This document shows, piece after piece, positions 42,401 to 48,789 of a stretch of 64,000 nucleotides of DNA (positions within the stretch are counted from its first letter, which is position 1; each line of letters begins with the position of its first letter). The notes below the pieces were generated by a model. It did not search any database and had not been told where the DNA came from. It saw nothing but the letters and a program-made list of their open reading frames with translations. The DNA is from an uncultured Candidatus Saccharibacteria bacterium (lineage in GTDB: Bacteria > Patescibacteriota > Saccharimonadia > Saccharimonadales > JAGQNJ01), in NCBI GenBank assembly GCA_964504275.1, contig CAZDDV010000003.1, positions 8,690-72,689 on the forward strand, written 5' to 3'. A program made the position numbers and the translations under genes.

Positions 42401-42594
42401 TGCGCCACATGTTTATGGGCGAATTTCCCGGCACGTTTTGAATAGTGAGCTGTCTTTTTAGCAGCATTTTTGACATGCGGCGCAGTCTTTCTGGCGACGT
42501 GTTTTACTCCGTGGCCAGCTCTTTTTGTTGCACCAACAACATGACGGTGCGCTGCTTTTACTTTGGTGTGGACAGCCAAAGGTAACCCTCGCAT
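36460..42594 (-). CDS. Giant (2044 aa) membrane-anchored surface protein with LamG-like, beta-propeller-type repeat, second LamG-like and multiple FN3/Ig-like domains
   Basis: Basic His/Lys-rich N-terminus and a transmembrane helix at about aa 92-110. About 14 repeats of about 51 aa carry the consensus DAEVW(R/K)WNG(T/S)xWxxIGGDGxNSSW. A LamG-like segment ends in LLDEVRISNTART. FN3-like units such as YKVYRSTNNATF...YYYYVKACD also occur. Confidence 0.9.
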   Translation of the reverse strand: MRGLPLAVHTKVKAAHRHVVGATKRAGHGVKHVARKTAPHVKNAAKKTAHYSKRAGKFAHKHVAHRPHVYLLSRVNWYRRWHEWRFHKHTHMAIFLVYVVFIASMIFVSFRQAFAASDLTENWDFTVAANFTFDDDSIETDSTTARLKAQNYASDGSTAALYHLDEIAGSTVSDTTSNNNDGTASATAWVAANLNNGLDLDGNSSHVAVPDSASLSLTGSHTLEAWTKFDSTFNTEASQDQGVLDKGAYRLYYDRTSGKVNYEIANSSASSWSREAGNDTNSSWDADGRSIVRATVTNSTDVYVGLGLGTGDAEVWKWNGTSWSQIGGDGKNSSWADQQFEDVHALTISGTTLYAGLGTNTAGDAEVWSCDMSSGCSDWDKIGGDGVNNSWAISTFEAVFSLDAYSGNVYAGIGITANDAEVWRWDGSTWAKIGGDNLNSGWNTNFEAVRSLTNDGTNLYAGLGDSAQDAEVWRWNGTAWNRVGGDGANSSWAAAANIEQVLSMTYFGGNLYAGVGLTAGDADVWRYNGTTWSQIGGDGLSSSWAASTYEIVGALANDGTNLYAGVGNTNGDGEVFRWNGTVWAKIGGDGVNSGFSANQGDGVYALAYGNSTLYAGLYDAAGNGTLWGWNGSAWTWTGGSYVNQSWGGYNLQSVESTMAHAGKLYAGTGVTVAGNALVWEYDGTSWSVIGGQGIRGSWAADAYENVYTIQSYKGELYAGLGTTANDAEVWKYNGSTWTLVGGDNVNSGWNTGFEAVNVLSVWGGNLYAGLGSSAQDAEVWRWNGTGWSRVGGDGVNSSWAAALNMESVLSMTVYNNELYAGIGISANDAEVWKFNGTTWTKIGGDGTGSSWSASLEEVYIMRVYDGKLVVGLGSSTDDAEVWAYDGTIWEKIGGDDVDGSWTAGTFERVRSMAIYNGKLYVGVGDTAGDGEVWEYNGTAWTQIGGDSINAGWTTTIEYVGSLIDYNGKLFAGTGFTGNADAAMWSYGDNGFLASAQTSQDTNWHHIAATYNGSTMKLFIDGVENASASKSVSIPNTSTPLLIGSTYGSSGRGEGQGYFTGLLDEVRISNTARTSFTTNPYVDTKESVTVNDAVFAGGVNTIDSFAATETANGGAITYRVSNDDAASWKYWDGDSWETSGSVNDANTAAAINTNIASLPVTFDGIRWQAIFDGDGDQRVTLNDVTIEATSDSIDPSANASSLAAYKTNGGASLSSNDWTNGASPYFTWTAGADADSGILGYCLYLGQDASGNPETSKGLLGASPVDAGGNCEFAVSSNSVDFATSGYISTALTSSSSPYYLHVRAIDQAGNVIGSNASFQFRFDNTVPQNPGYITAPSGFINTKEATLSWATVGGQAASDAHSGVTGLQYKIGSTTWFGDSHSGTGDITDLLANDGNYTTIDPTDFNNIIDGINTVYFRTWDEAGNVTSSYVTAALKVNTNGAPSEPQNLDVTPETNTANSFAFSWDSPGTFVGDEDNLTYCYTINSEPSVSNCSYTTTRSLSSGGYATQPGENTMYVVARDESNNINYDNYSSITFEANTPSPGLPTNVDIVDVSIKTTNNWRLALTWEPPEDTGAGISSYKVYRSTNNATFSFVGSSSSTTYIDANLSQQGYYYYVKACDSTGNCSANSSTVDMTPTGKFTDAATMTSDPVESDVTTRRATISWSTDRTSDSKVALGTKSGQYAASEVGSSEQVTSHEIDLDNLAAGTTYYYIVKWTDEDGNTGVSQEYSFSTSPAPILKEVETTKIGLSSAIISFTIQGANKVDIFYGQNESFGGVKSINTSTTESRYDIDIDGLKDGVKYFYMISAYDSEGNRYDGTIFAFTTPPRPQINNLRFQPVAGEPTSTQEITWQTNVASTSNVTYGITGTIGTDVQDSKLKTNHKIIIRGLQDDSRYFLIAQSRDVDGNLAVSDRQEFRTALDTRPPKVTDINIEPSIRGTGAEARGQVIVSWKTDEPSGSQVGYAEGSDAVVFNSRTTEDTQLTTEHIVVVSDLPTSRVYSIQPISRDKAGNAGFGEAESVIIGRASESVLTIIFNTLQRVFGL
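39625..41748 (-). repeat. Coding tandem-repeat array (about 14 units of about 153 nt) inside the giant gene
   Basis: The AEVW motif recurs at aa 313, 365, 421, 470, 522, 573, 625, 677, 727, 777, 829, 879, 931 and 981 (approximate indices counted by hand). Confidence 0.8.
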
Positions 42595-42716
42595 TTTATT
42601 TTTTTATTCTCATCAATCCTCAACAACTGAATCACCTATAACTATAGCAAAAGCGGAATACTAAGCACAATAGGATTTGCATATTTTCGTGCGAGTAGCA
42701 AGCGAGCGGCCGCCGC

Positions 42717-42745
42717 TTGAATACCGCGGCCGCATCAGATATAAT
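42717..42745 (+). promoter_or_regulatory. Sigma70-type promoter for tRNA-Asn
   Basis: TTGAAT (42717-42722), 17-nt spacer, TATAAT (42740-42745), about 25 nt upstream of the tRNA. Confidence 0.6.
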
Positions 42746-42770
42746 CACCAGCTGTATTAACAAATTATAA

Positions 42771-42845
42771 TCCCGGGTAGCTCAATGGTGGAGCAAGAAG
42801 CTGTTAACTTCGAGGTTGTCGGTTCGAGTCCGACCCCGGGAGCCA
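42771..42845 (+). tRNA. tRNA-Asn (anticodon GTT) with encoded CCA
   Basis: Acceptor TCCCGGG/CCCGGGA, D-arm GCTC-AATGGTG-GAGC, anticodon loop CTGTTAA, T-arm GTCGG-TTCGAGT-CCGAC, discriminator G plus CCA. 75 nt. Confidence 0.95.
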
Positions 42846-42904
42846 GACCAAGCAGAGAAAAGTGCAGACCTAGTTCCTAGACCTGTAATAACTTCTCTCC
42901 TTGG
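42846..42904 (+). repeat. Copy 1 of a three-member intergenic repeat family (core ACCAAGCAGAGAAAAGTRCAG...GACCTGT)
   Basis: It starts at the first base after the tRNA CCA. It forms an outer hairpin CCAAGCAGAGAA / TTCTCTCCTTGG around an inner CAGACCTAG-TTC-CTAGACCTG stem. Confidence 0.7.
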
Positions 42905-42947
42905 TCAGCCAAGTAAAAATGTGCCGATAACAAAGTACAAATGTTGG

Positions 42948-42971
42948 AACCGTCAGTAATGGCGGTTTTTT
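42948..42971 (+). terminator. Rho-independent terminator downstream of tRNA-Asn
   Basis: AACCGTC-AGTAAT-GGCGGTT followed by TTTTT. Confidence 0.6.
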
Positions 42972-42979
42972 CATTTTAC

Positions 42980-42999
42980 CTCTGTAATTTAGTTCTAAC
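42980..42999. repeat. Left member of a 20/21-nt long-range inverted repeat
   Basis: CTCTGTAATTTAGTTCTAAC is the reverse complement (one indel) of GTTAGAACTAAATTAACAGAG at 48032-48052. Confidence 0.8.
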
Positions 43000-43085
43000 C
43001 CAGCCTCTCCCGTCCCGAAGGAGCAAGCAGCACAAAAGCTGACCCGTTCCCAACGCCAGTCATATTATATATTTTGAACCTGTGC

Positions 43086-43496
43086 TTATTTTTGCTGTTC
43101 TTTCAATTTATCAAAAAATTGTTGCAATGTAGGTCGGCCGCTACCGATCAGGTATTGGTCTTCTACCTTGTTGATGTACCCGTTAGCAAGAACGATGCCA
43201 CCCAACAGCACAAAAACAGCAATGAGTAGTACTAGCGGAAACTTAGCATCGGCAAAGTTCTTATCGCGCTGGTACATTTTTACAACGCCAATAACAGCAC
43301 CTGTGGCAAATATTCCAAAGGTAATTACGGCGGAGAGTAGGCTTTGTTGCAAGTATGCCAGACTCTGGGTGATGTCGACGTTGTCAGGGTTAGTGGACTT
43401 GAAATAGACAGTAACGGCGGCGCTGACTAAGAGCGTCGCGGGCAACGCGAGCGCAACAAGGCTGATCGTAATAGTTCTTAAGCTTAGTCGTGTCAT
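43086..43496 (-). CDS. Hypothetical membrane protein
   Basis: 136 aa with three or four hydrophobic helices. Confidence 0.6.
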   Translation of the reverse strand: MTRLSLRTITISLVALALPATLLVSAAVTVYFKSTNPDNVDITQSLAYLQQSLLSAVITFGIFATGAVIGVVKMYQRDKNFADAKFPLVLLIAVFVLLGGIVLANGYINKVEDQYLIGSGRPTLQQFFDKLKEQQK

Positions 43497-43685
43497 TGCA
43501 TCTCCATATCATATTATATTTTATACTAGTATACCACTGGGAATAGATTACTGGCGATTGACCCGAATCAGCGACAGCGAAGTTGGAATCTTTGCATGGC
43601 TGCAGTGCAAAGAGGCAAAGTTGGAAACCGGTGCTCAACACGTGTCATTTTCGGAGCGGAGTAGTCCTTAGCGCGCACAGAGAGC

Positions 43686-43728
43686 CAAACCAAGCAGAGA
43701 AAAGTACAGCTGGACCTGTCCCTGTGTA
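43686..43728 (+). repeat. Copy 2 of the intergenic repeat family
   Basis: AAACCAAGCAGAGAAAAGTACAGCTGGACCTGTCCCTGTGTAC. It is preceded by GAGAGCCA, which mimics the GGGAGCCA tRNA end that precedes copy 1. Confidence 0.7.
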
Positions 43729-43750
43729 CTACAATTTGACGTTTGCATTA

Positions 43751-43767
43751 ATACCCCTAGGGGGTAT
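43751..43767. promoter_or_regulatory. CsoR-type operator palindrome
   Basis: ATACCCC-TAG-GGGGTAT has perfect 7-bp arms and lies 12 nt upstream of the csoR ATG. It matches the GC-tract palindrome style known for CsoR operators. Confidence 0.7.
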
Positions 43768-43778
43768 ATGCTGTACTC

Positions 43779-44054
43779 ATGATTACTGATATTAAAAAAC
43801 GCTCACTACACCGCGCCAAGATTATCGAGGGACAGATGCGAGGTATTCAGAAGATGATCGAAAATGAAGATTATTGCATGGACATCATTACTCAGAGCCT
43901 AGCTGTCCAGAAGTCCCTAGGCTCACTTAATAAACTTGTTCTGGAGAACCATTTACGGACTCACGTTAAAGATATGTTTGTTGCTGGTGAAACGGACAAA
44001 GCAGTTGAGGAGTTGCTTACGGTGTATGAACTCGCCAAGGTTAGAAGTAAATAA
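43779..44054 (+). CDS. csoR: CsoR/RcnR-family metal-sensing repressor
   Basis: 91 aa. Contains LHRAKIIEGQMRGIQKMIENEDYCMDIITQSLAVQKSL with the family Cys and His ligand positions. Confidence 0.9.
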   Translation: MITDIKKRSLHRAKIIEGQMRGIQKMIENEDYCMDIITQSLAVQKSLGSLNKLVLENHLRTHVKDMFVAGETDKAVEELLTVYELAKVRSK

Positions 44055-46060
44055 TGGATCATAGTAGCCATGAAAGTCACGAACATAGTGACCACGATAA
44101 GCACGCCGGGCATAACCCAGACATGTTCAAGAAGAAGTTTTGGCTGAGTCTTGTACTAACCATTCCTGTATTGCTATATTCACCAACAATTCAAGAACTT
44201 CTAAACTTCACAATGCCAGGCTTTACTGGCAGTAGTCTTATTCCCCCAATACTAGGCATCATTATTTTTGTCTACGGCGGACTAGTCTTCCTTCGCAGTG
44301 CAAAAGCAGAACTTTCAGTAAAACAACCCGGCATGATGACGCTTATATCTATGGCAATTACGGTTGCGTTGTTTTACAGCATCGCAGTTACATTTGGCCT
44401 TGAAGGTATGAGTTTTTGGTGGGAGCTGGCCACGCTTATTACCATCATGTTGCTTGGCCACTGGCTAGAGATGGCGTCGATCATGAATGCGCAGGGTGCA
44501 CTGAAAGAACTTGCCAAGTTACTGCCTGACGAGGCTGAACTTATAACGCCCAGTGGAACAAAAACGGTTTCAGTAGCCGAACTAAAGGTTCGCGATAAAG
44601 TGATTGTTAGGCCTGGAGCCAACATACCGGTTGATGGCGAAGTCGTAAAAGGCGAGTCGAGCGTCAATGAATCGATGCTCACGGGAGAATCTAAATCAGT
44701 AAAGAAGATTGTGAAGTCGCTGCTAATCGGAGGCACTATTAATGGTAGCGGCTCACTCACAATGAAGGTCACCAAGATTGGCGACGACACTGCCTTGGCT
44801 GGAATCATGAAGTTAGTCGCCGATGCCCAAAACAGTAAATCTAAAACGCAGGTACTGGCTGATCGCGCAGCTTATTATCTTACTTTTATTGCACTTGGTG
44901 CAGCACTTTTAACATTACTAGCATGGTCGCTCTCCAGTGATCGATCGGCTTCATTTATTATCGAAAGAGTGGTTACAGTACTTGTAATTGCCTGTCCCCA
45001 CGCGCTTGGTCTGGCTATTCCGCTCGTTACTGCAATTTCTACATCCTTAGCTGCTAAAAATGGTTTGCTCATTCGCGAGCGCATGGCACTGGAAGCAGCC
45101 CGAAACATAGATGTCGTATTGTTTGACAAAACAGGTACTCTCACAAAAGGTGAACAGGGCGTCGTAGATGCTGTTTCTACAGGTGATAAAAATATTCTGT
45201 TGTCACTAGCCGCTTCTGTCGAAAACGAATCAGAACATCCTATCGCCAAAGCAATCGTGCGATATGCAAAAGATAAAAAGCTAACTATCCTTGATGCTAA
45301 AAAGTTTTCTGCTATGTCGGGACGGGGCGCAACTGCGTCAGTGAACGGCAAAATCGTACATATTGGAGGCCCCAAACTACTCGAGGAATTAAGCTTAGAG
45401 CTTCCCGCTAGCATCGGCAAGGCCGCTCACACTGCCCAAAATGAAGGCAAAACAACTGTGTATGTTATTCGGGAGAAGTCCGTGCTTGGCGCAATAATGT
45501 TAGCGGATGTTATTCGCCCAGAATCTAAAGAAGCCGTTAACGCATTGCGAAAAAGAGGTATTCGGGTTGCAATGCTCACTGGTGATGCCAAGGGTGTAGC
45601 TGCATGGGTAGCAAAAGAGCTGGGAATTAAAGAATTCTTTGCTGAAGTTTTGCCAGAAAATAAAGCCGCAGTAGTTAAAAAGCTACAAGCTGATGGCAGT
45701 AAAGTGGCAATGGTTGGCGACGGCGTAAACGATGCGCCGGCGCTCACACAGGCTAATGTGGGCATTGCCATTGGCGCCGGAACCGATATTGCAATTGAAT
45801 CTGCAGGCATCGTATTGGCTAGCAGCGATCCTCGCGGTGTAGCAAGCATCGTTACGTTATCGAAAGCAACTTACAGAAAGATGATCCAAAACCTAGCGTG
45901 GGCAACTGGCTACAACGCACTGGCTATTCCACTGGCGACTGGCGTCACAGCTGGCTTTGGTTTTGTATTATCACCAGCTATTGGCGCAGTGCTTATGTCG
46001 TTGTCTACGATCGTAGTAGCAGCTAATGCTCAGTTCCTGCGTAATCTAAAGCTCAGATAA
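44054..46060 (+). CDS. copB: Copper-translocating P1B-type ATPase (CPH motif, His-rich N-terminus; CopB-like)
   Basis: 668 aa. The N-terminus is MDHSSHESHEHSDHDKHAGH. The transmembrane CPH sits in ACPHALGLA. The phosphorylation site is DKTGTLT and the hinge is GDGVNDAP. TAATG overlap with csoR. Confidence 0.9.
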   Translation: MDHSSHESHEHSDHDKHAGHNPDMFKKKFWLSLVLTIPVLLYSPTIQELLNFTMPGFTGSSLIPPILGIIIFVYGGLVFLRSAKAELSVKQPGMMTLISMAITVALFYSIAVTFGLEGMSFWWELATLITIMLLGHWLEMASIMNAQGALKELAKLLPDEAELITPSGTKTVSVAELKVRDKVIVRPGANIPVDGEVVKGESSVNESMLTGESKSVKKIVKSLLIGGTINGSGSLTMKVTKIGDDTALAGIMKLVADAQNSKSKTQVLADRAAYYLTFIALGAALLTLLAWSLSSDRSASFIIERVVTVLVIACPHALGLAIPLVTAISTSLAAKNGLLIRERMALEAARNIDVVLFDKTGTLTKGEQGVVDAVSTGDKNILLSLAASVENESEHPIAKAIVRYAKDKKLTILDAKKFSAMSGRGATASVNGKIVHIGGPKLLEELSLELPASIGKAAHTAQNEGKTTVYVIREKSVLGAIMLADVIRPESKEAVNALRKRGIRVAMLTGDAKGVAAWVAKELGIKEFFAEVLPENKAAVVKKLQADGSKVAMVGDGVNDAPALTQANVGIAIGAGTDIAIESAGIVLASSDPRGVASIVTLSKATYRKMIQNLAWATGYNALAIPLATGVTAGFGFVLSPAIGAVLMSLSTIVVAANAQFLRNLKLR

Positions 46061-46080
46061 TCAATAATAAAGGGAAAATC

Positions 46081-46746
46081 ATGAAGAATAAATCAAATAT
46101 AGTAATCGCCGCCGTTGTCGGTATCGTAGTAGTTGTCGGTATCAGCGTGTACGCATTTAACCGTAACGATGGTGAGATGATAGACGACAACATAACAATG
46201 ATGTCTGGCGGCAAAGCATCTCAGGGTACGGTGCCTGCAAACAAAGACTCAAGTGACTACAAAATGTTTGCTGATATAACCGGCGAAGACTACGACCGCC
46301 TGTTCCTAGCAAATATGATTGCGCATCACCAAGGCGCGGTGGATATGGCAAACCTTGCGTTAACTAATGCAAAGCACCAAGAAGTGAAAGATTTAGCAAC
46401 CGCAATCGTGAATGCACAGACAAAAGAAATTGGCGACATGACGGCGTGGCAAAAATCCTGGAGTTACCCAGCCAGTAGTGGCGAAATGATGATAGATCAC
46501 TCGTCTATGGGAATGATGGACACTAATGCCGGTATGATGAATGCCCTAAACGGCAAAACTGGTGACAAATTTGACAAAGCATTCTTGGCGCAAATGAGAA
46601 TGCACCACCAATCTGCAATAGATATGGCTAGCACAGGAGCTACTAATGCATACCATCAAGAAGTGAAAGACCTTACCAAAGGTATAATTACTGCCCAAAC
46701 AAAAGAAATCCTACAAATGCGACAATGGCAAAAAGATTGGAACTAG
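46081..46746 (+). CDS. DUF305 family protein (membrane-anchored)
   Basis: 221 aa with two DUF305 half-repeats (MIAHHQGAVDMA and MRMHHQSAIDMA). The family is frequently linked to copper loci. Confidence 0.85.
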   Translation: MKNKSNIVIAAVVGIVVVVGISVYAFNRNDGEMIDDNITMMSGGKASQGTVPANKDSSDYKMFADITGEDYDRLFLANMIAHHQGAVDMANLALTNAKHQEVKDLATAIVNAQTKEIGDMTAWQKSWSYPASSGEMMIDHSSMGMMDTNAGMMNALNGKTGDKFDKAFLAQMRMHHQSAIDMASTGATNAYHQEVKDLTKGIITAQTKEILQMRQWQKDWN

Positions 46747-46749
46747 TGA

Positions 46750-46766
46750 TCCGTCCTCTAACAGAT
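46750..46766 (+). repeat. Solo REP-like copy related to the ends of the RayT element
   Basis: TCCGTCCTCTAACAGAT is identical to the core of the inverted repeats at 48790-48817 and 49479-49507. It begins 4 nt after the DUF305 stop. Confidence 0.7.
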
Positions 46767-46790
46767 AGGATTTTATAGCATGTTAATTAT

Positions 46791-46958
46791 ATGCTAGTTG
46801 GTATTACTGACTTAACTGGCTTGGGGATATTTGACTTTGAGGTATTCCCGCATTACGCAGATGATGTACATAAAAAGATACTAGAAAACTATAGATCCAC
46901 TACACACCATCAAGTCAGAGAAATGGGTGACGAGGATTATATTATTGTAGATATGTAA
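46791..46958 (+). pseudogene. Possible C-terminal remnant of an S51 (peptidase E-like) gene
   Basis: 55-codon ORF MLVGITDLTGLGIFDFEVFPHYADDVHKKILENY... The GLG..DF.V.PHY pattern is recalled from the S51 family. The remnant is far too short to be a complete enzyme. Confidence 0.3.
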
Positions 46959-46978
46959 GTTTGCTTGATGCGTAGTTC

Positions 46979-47010
46979 AGTTGCGATAGTGTGCACGATG
47001 GCCCTCCAAA
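46979..47010 (+). repeat. Direct repeat A flanking the PNP-like gene
   Basis: AGTTGCGATA-N6-ACGAT-G-GCCCTCCAAA. It matches 47897-47928 at 25 of 32 positions. Confidence 0.65.
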
Positions 47011-47121
47011 GACGCCTAAACAGATACGAGTTAGTTCCAATAACAGCACCGTTGTTTTTAGCTACTAATTTGTATCTGTTATTTAGTTCGACTCTCTCTT
47101 GGTGTCTGATATAGTTGGATT

Positions 47122-47898
47122 ATGTATAAGAGTATCTCTGCAGAGCAATATCGTCAGCACTTAGGATTTCCATCTGACTATCAAGTAGATGCAGTGCTTT
47201 GCTATGGAACATTGTATGAAGATAGAGTGTTAGCTCAACTAGCTGAAGCGATTAAAGAGTTGGGTATTCAAGTGCAGGTCAATGCTTTACCTCATCCATT
47301 TTTACGATTCGCAAAAGAACTTCGGATTGGTGATAAAACAATATGGTTTGCGATTGGATATGGAGGAGCTTGGTTGAGCGAGTACTTACATTGGGCATGT
47401 CTTTTTGGGTCAAAAAAGAATATATTGATTGGGTCGTGTGGTGGCTTGAAAAGTGGTATGAAGCAAGGTGAATTTATAGTGCCGGAAAGTAGTTATGGTG
47501 AAGAAAGTTCAGTGAAAATGTATAACAGGGAAAGCAATAACCAGTTCCCTGATGAAACACTGAGCGAGAGTTTAGCTGCGAGCCTAGGAGATGATGGTAC
47601 TAAGGTTTGGCGAGGACAAATGGTTACTTGTCAGGCAATGATTGGTGAAACGATGGATGATATAAGGAAATGGTCTAGTGATGGATATTTTGGAGTTGAG
47701 ATGGAAGCCTCAACCGTGTTTGCGGTGTCTAATCATTTTGGAGTACCGTCAGCAGCCTCTCTTTATGTTGGGGATAATCTAATTGAAAAGCACAATAATA
47801 TGAGCGAAGAATACGCAGCAGAAGCGGATGTTCGAAAACAAAATCAACTCAAACAGATAAAAATAGCACTATCGAAGCTTGTTCCTGGCCAATTATAG
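47122..47898 (+). CDS. Nucleoside phosphorylase superfamily (PNP_UDP_1-like) protein
   Basis: 258 aa. Contains IGSCGGLK and FGVEMEASTVFAVSNHFGVPSAASLYVGDN. Confidence 0.65.
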   Translation: MYKSISAEQYRQHLGFPSDYQVDAVLCYGTLYEDRVLAQLAEAIKELGIQVQVNALPHPFLRFAKELRIGDKTIWFAIGYGGAWLSEYLHWACLFGSKKNILIGSCGGLKSGMKQGEFIVPESSYGEESSVKMYNRESNNQFPDETLSESLAASLGDDGTKVWRGQMVTCQAMIGETMDDIRKWSSDGYFGVEMEASTVFAVSNHFGVPSAASLYVGDNLIEKHNNMSEEYAAEADVRKQNQLKQIKIALSKLVPGQL

Positions 47899-47928
47899 TT
47901 GCGATATACAAGACGATAGCCCTCCAAA
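47897..47928 (+). repeat. Direct repeat B flanking the PNP-like gene
   Basis: AGTTGCGATA-N6-ACGAT-A-GCCCTCCAAA. It overlaps the gene's TAG stop. Confidence 0.65.
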
Positions 47929-48000
47929 AAAGTATAAATTCTTTCAAAATTAACAGATGTAAGCTAAGCTAAAGGGAGCCTGAAACAAGGTGGTAGCGAT

Positions 48001-48029
48001 TGCTGGTTCGAATCCAGTCTCCGGAGCCA
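48001..48029 (+). other. Orphan tRNA 3-prime-end fragment (T-arm + acceptor + GCCA), tRNA-Asn-like
   Basis: TGCTGG-TTCGAAT-CCAGT-CTCCGGA-GCCA. No matching 5-prime acceptor strand, D-arm or anticodon arm lies upstream. It has the same orientation as tRNA-Asn at 42771. Confidence 0.6.
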
Positions 48030-48031
48030 AA

Positions 48032-48052
48032 GTTAGAACTAAATTAACAGAG
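48032..48052. repeat. Right member of the long-range inverted repeat
   Basis: GTTAGAACTAAATTAACAGAG begins 2 nt after the tRNA fragment. Confidence 0.8.
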
Positions 48053-48230
48053 ACACTAGCCTCTTTTTTCATCATGGGGTAGTGCGGTCAACGAAGCTAT
48101 AATCAATATCAACCTATCTTTGACGCTCCCTATTGCCTACGCAGCTGGAAGACATTTAAAACTTTGATACAGAGTTCACCCAGAAATATTCAACTGAAGA
48201 ATGTTAGCTACTAAGGATGCGTAGGCATGT

Positions 48231-48692
48231 TTATATCATCTTCGCTTTGGAGATTGATTCTTTGGCATAGAATATAACGCTTGGAGATAAATCGTATTTA
48301 GCATCATCTAATTCATTAATATCGAACCACCTCATATCAGTATGCTCATCTGAAATTTTGAAATTGTCAGAGTCAGTCTTCATAAAATATGTGAACGAAA
48401 TATGTTTGTGAGGCGGATTAGCTTCGTGAACATCCACATAATTTGGTGTAATTATGAACTTTGTTTCAGGCGAAAGTACATTGGGTTTAGTCGTAAGAGG
48501 CACGGTAGCAAGACCCGTTTCCTCAATAATCTCACGGAACAACGCTTCTTCTGGATCTTCATTCAATTCAATATGGCCGCCAATGGGAATCCATTTGCCA
48601 TACCTAGGGTGATGTACAAGTAGTACTTTACTTTCATTGTTTACTATAAAAGCAGTAATAGTATAGTCGTATAGTTCATTTATGTGCGGCAT
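48231..48692 (-). CDS. NUDIX hydrolase
   Basis: 153 aa. The Nudix box is GGHIELNEDPEEALFREIIEETG. Confidence 0.9.
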   Translation of the reverse strand: MPHINELYDYTITAFIVNNESKVLLVHHPRYGKWIPIGGHIELNEDPEEALFREIIEETGLATVPLTTKPNVLSPETKFIITPNYVDVHEANPPHKHISFTYFMKTDSDNFKISDEHTDMRWFDINELDDAKYDLSPSVIFYAKESISKAKMI

Positions 48693-48789
48693 GTTATCTC
48701 ACTTTCACTACAAGCCTAGTATAGATCATATTGTATTACAAACCTTGTTTTATATATAAAATAGTGTTAATATAAGTTAATATTAAAGG

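Noticed and set aside
36460-42594. Dozens of short ORFs on both strands within the giant gene.
   Set aside because: These are shadow frames of a repetitive, relatively GC-rich coding region. The single 2044-aa frame explains the whole interval.
46979-48052. Integron-like attC sites or a CALIN array, suggested by the gene-plus-repeat organisation.
   Set aside because: The repeats do not contain RYYYAAC / GTTRRRY core pairs in the required inverted arrangement (GTTGCGA and GTTAGAA both fail the consensus). No integron integrase is present.
42961-48075. GGCGGTTTTTTCAT to the left of the left IR and GCCTCTTTTTTCAT to the right of the right IR, considered as a target-site duplication of an IR-bounded transposon.
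   Set aside because: They do not abut the inverted repeats (they are offset by 5-6 nt) and are not identical. The left one is the T-tract of a terminator hairpin, so the resemblance is probably incidental.
48134-48224. A 10-bp perfect inverted repeat, TGCCTACGCA / TGCGTAGGCA, downstream of the NUDIX gene, considered as a terminator.
   Set aside because: The arms are 71 nt apart and have no T-tract, so this is not a credible intrinsic terminator. At this length it may be a chance match.
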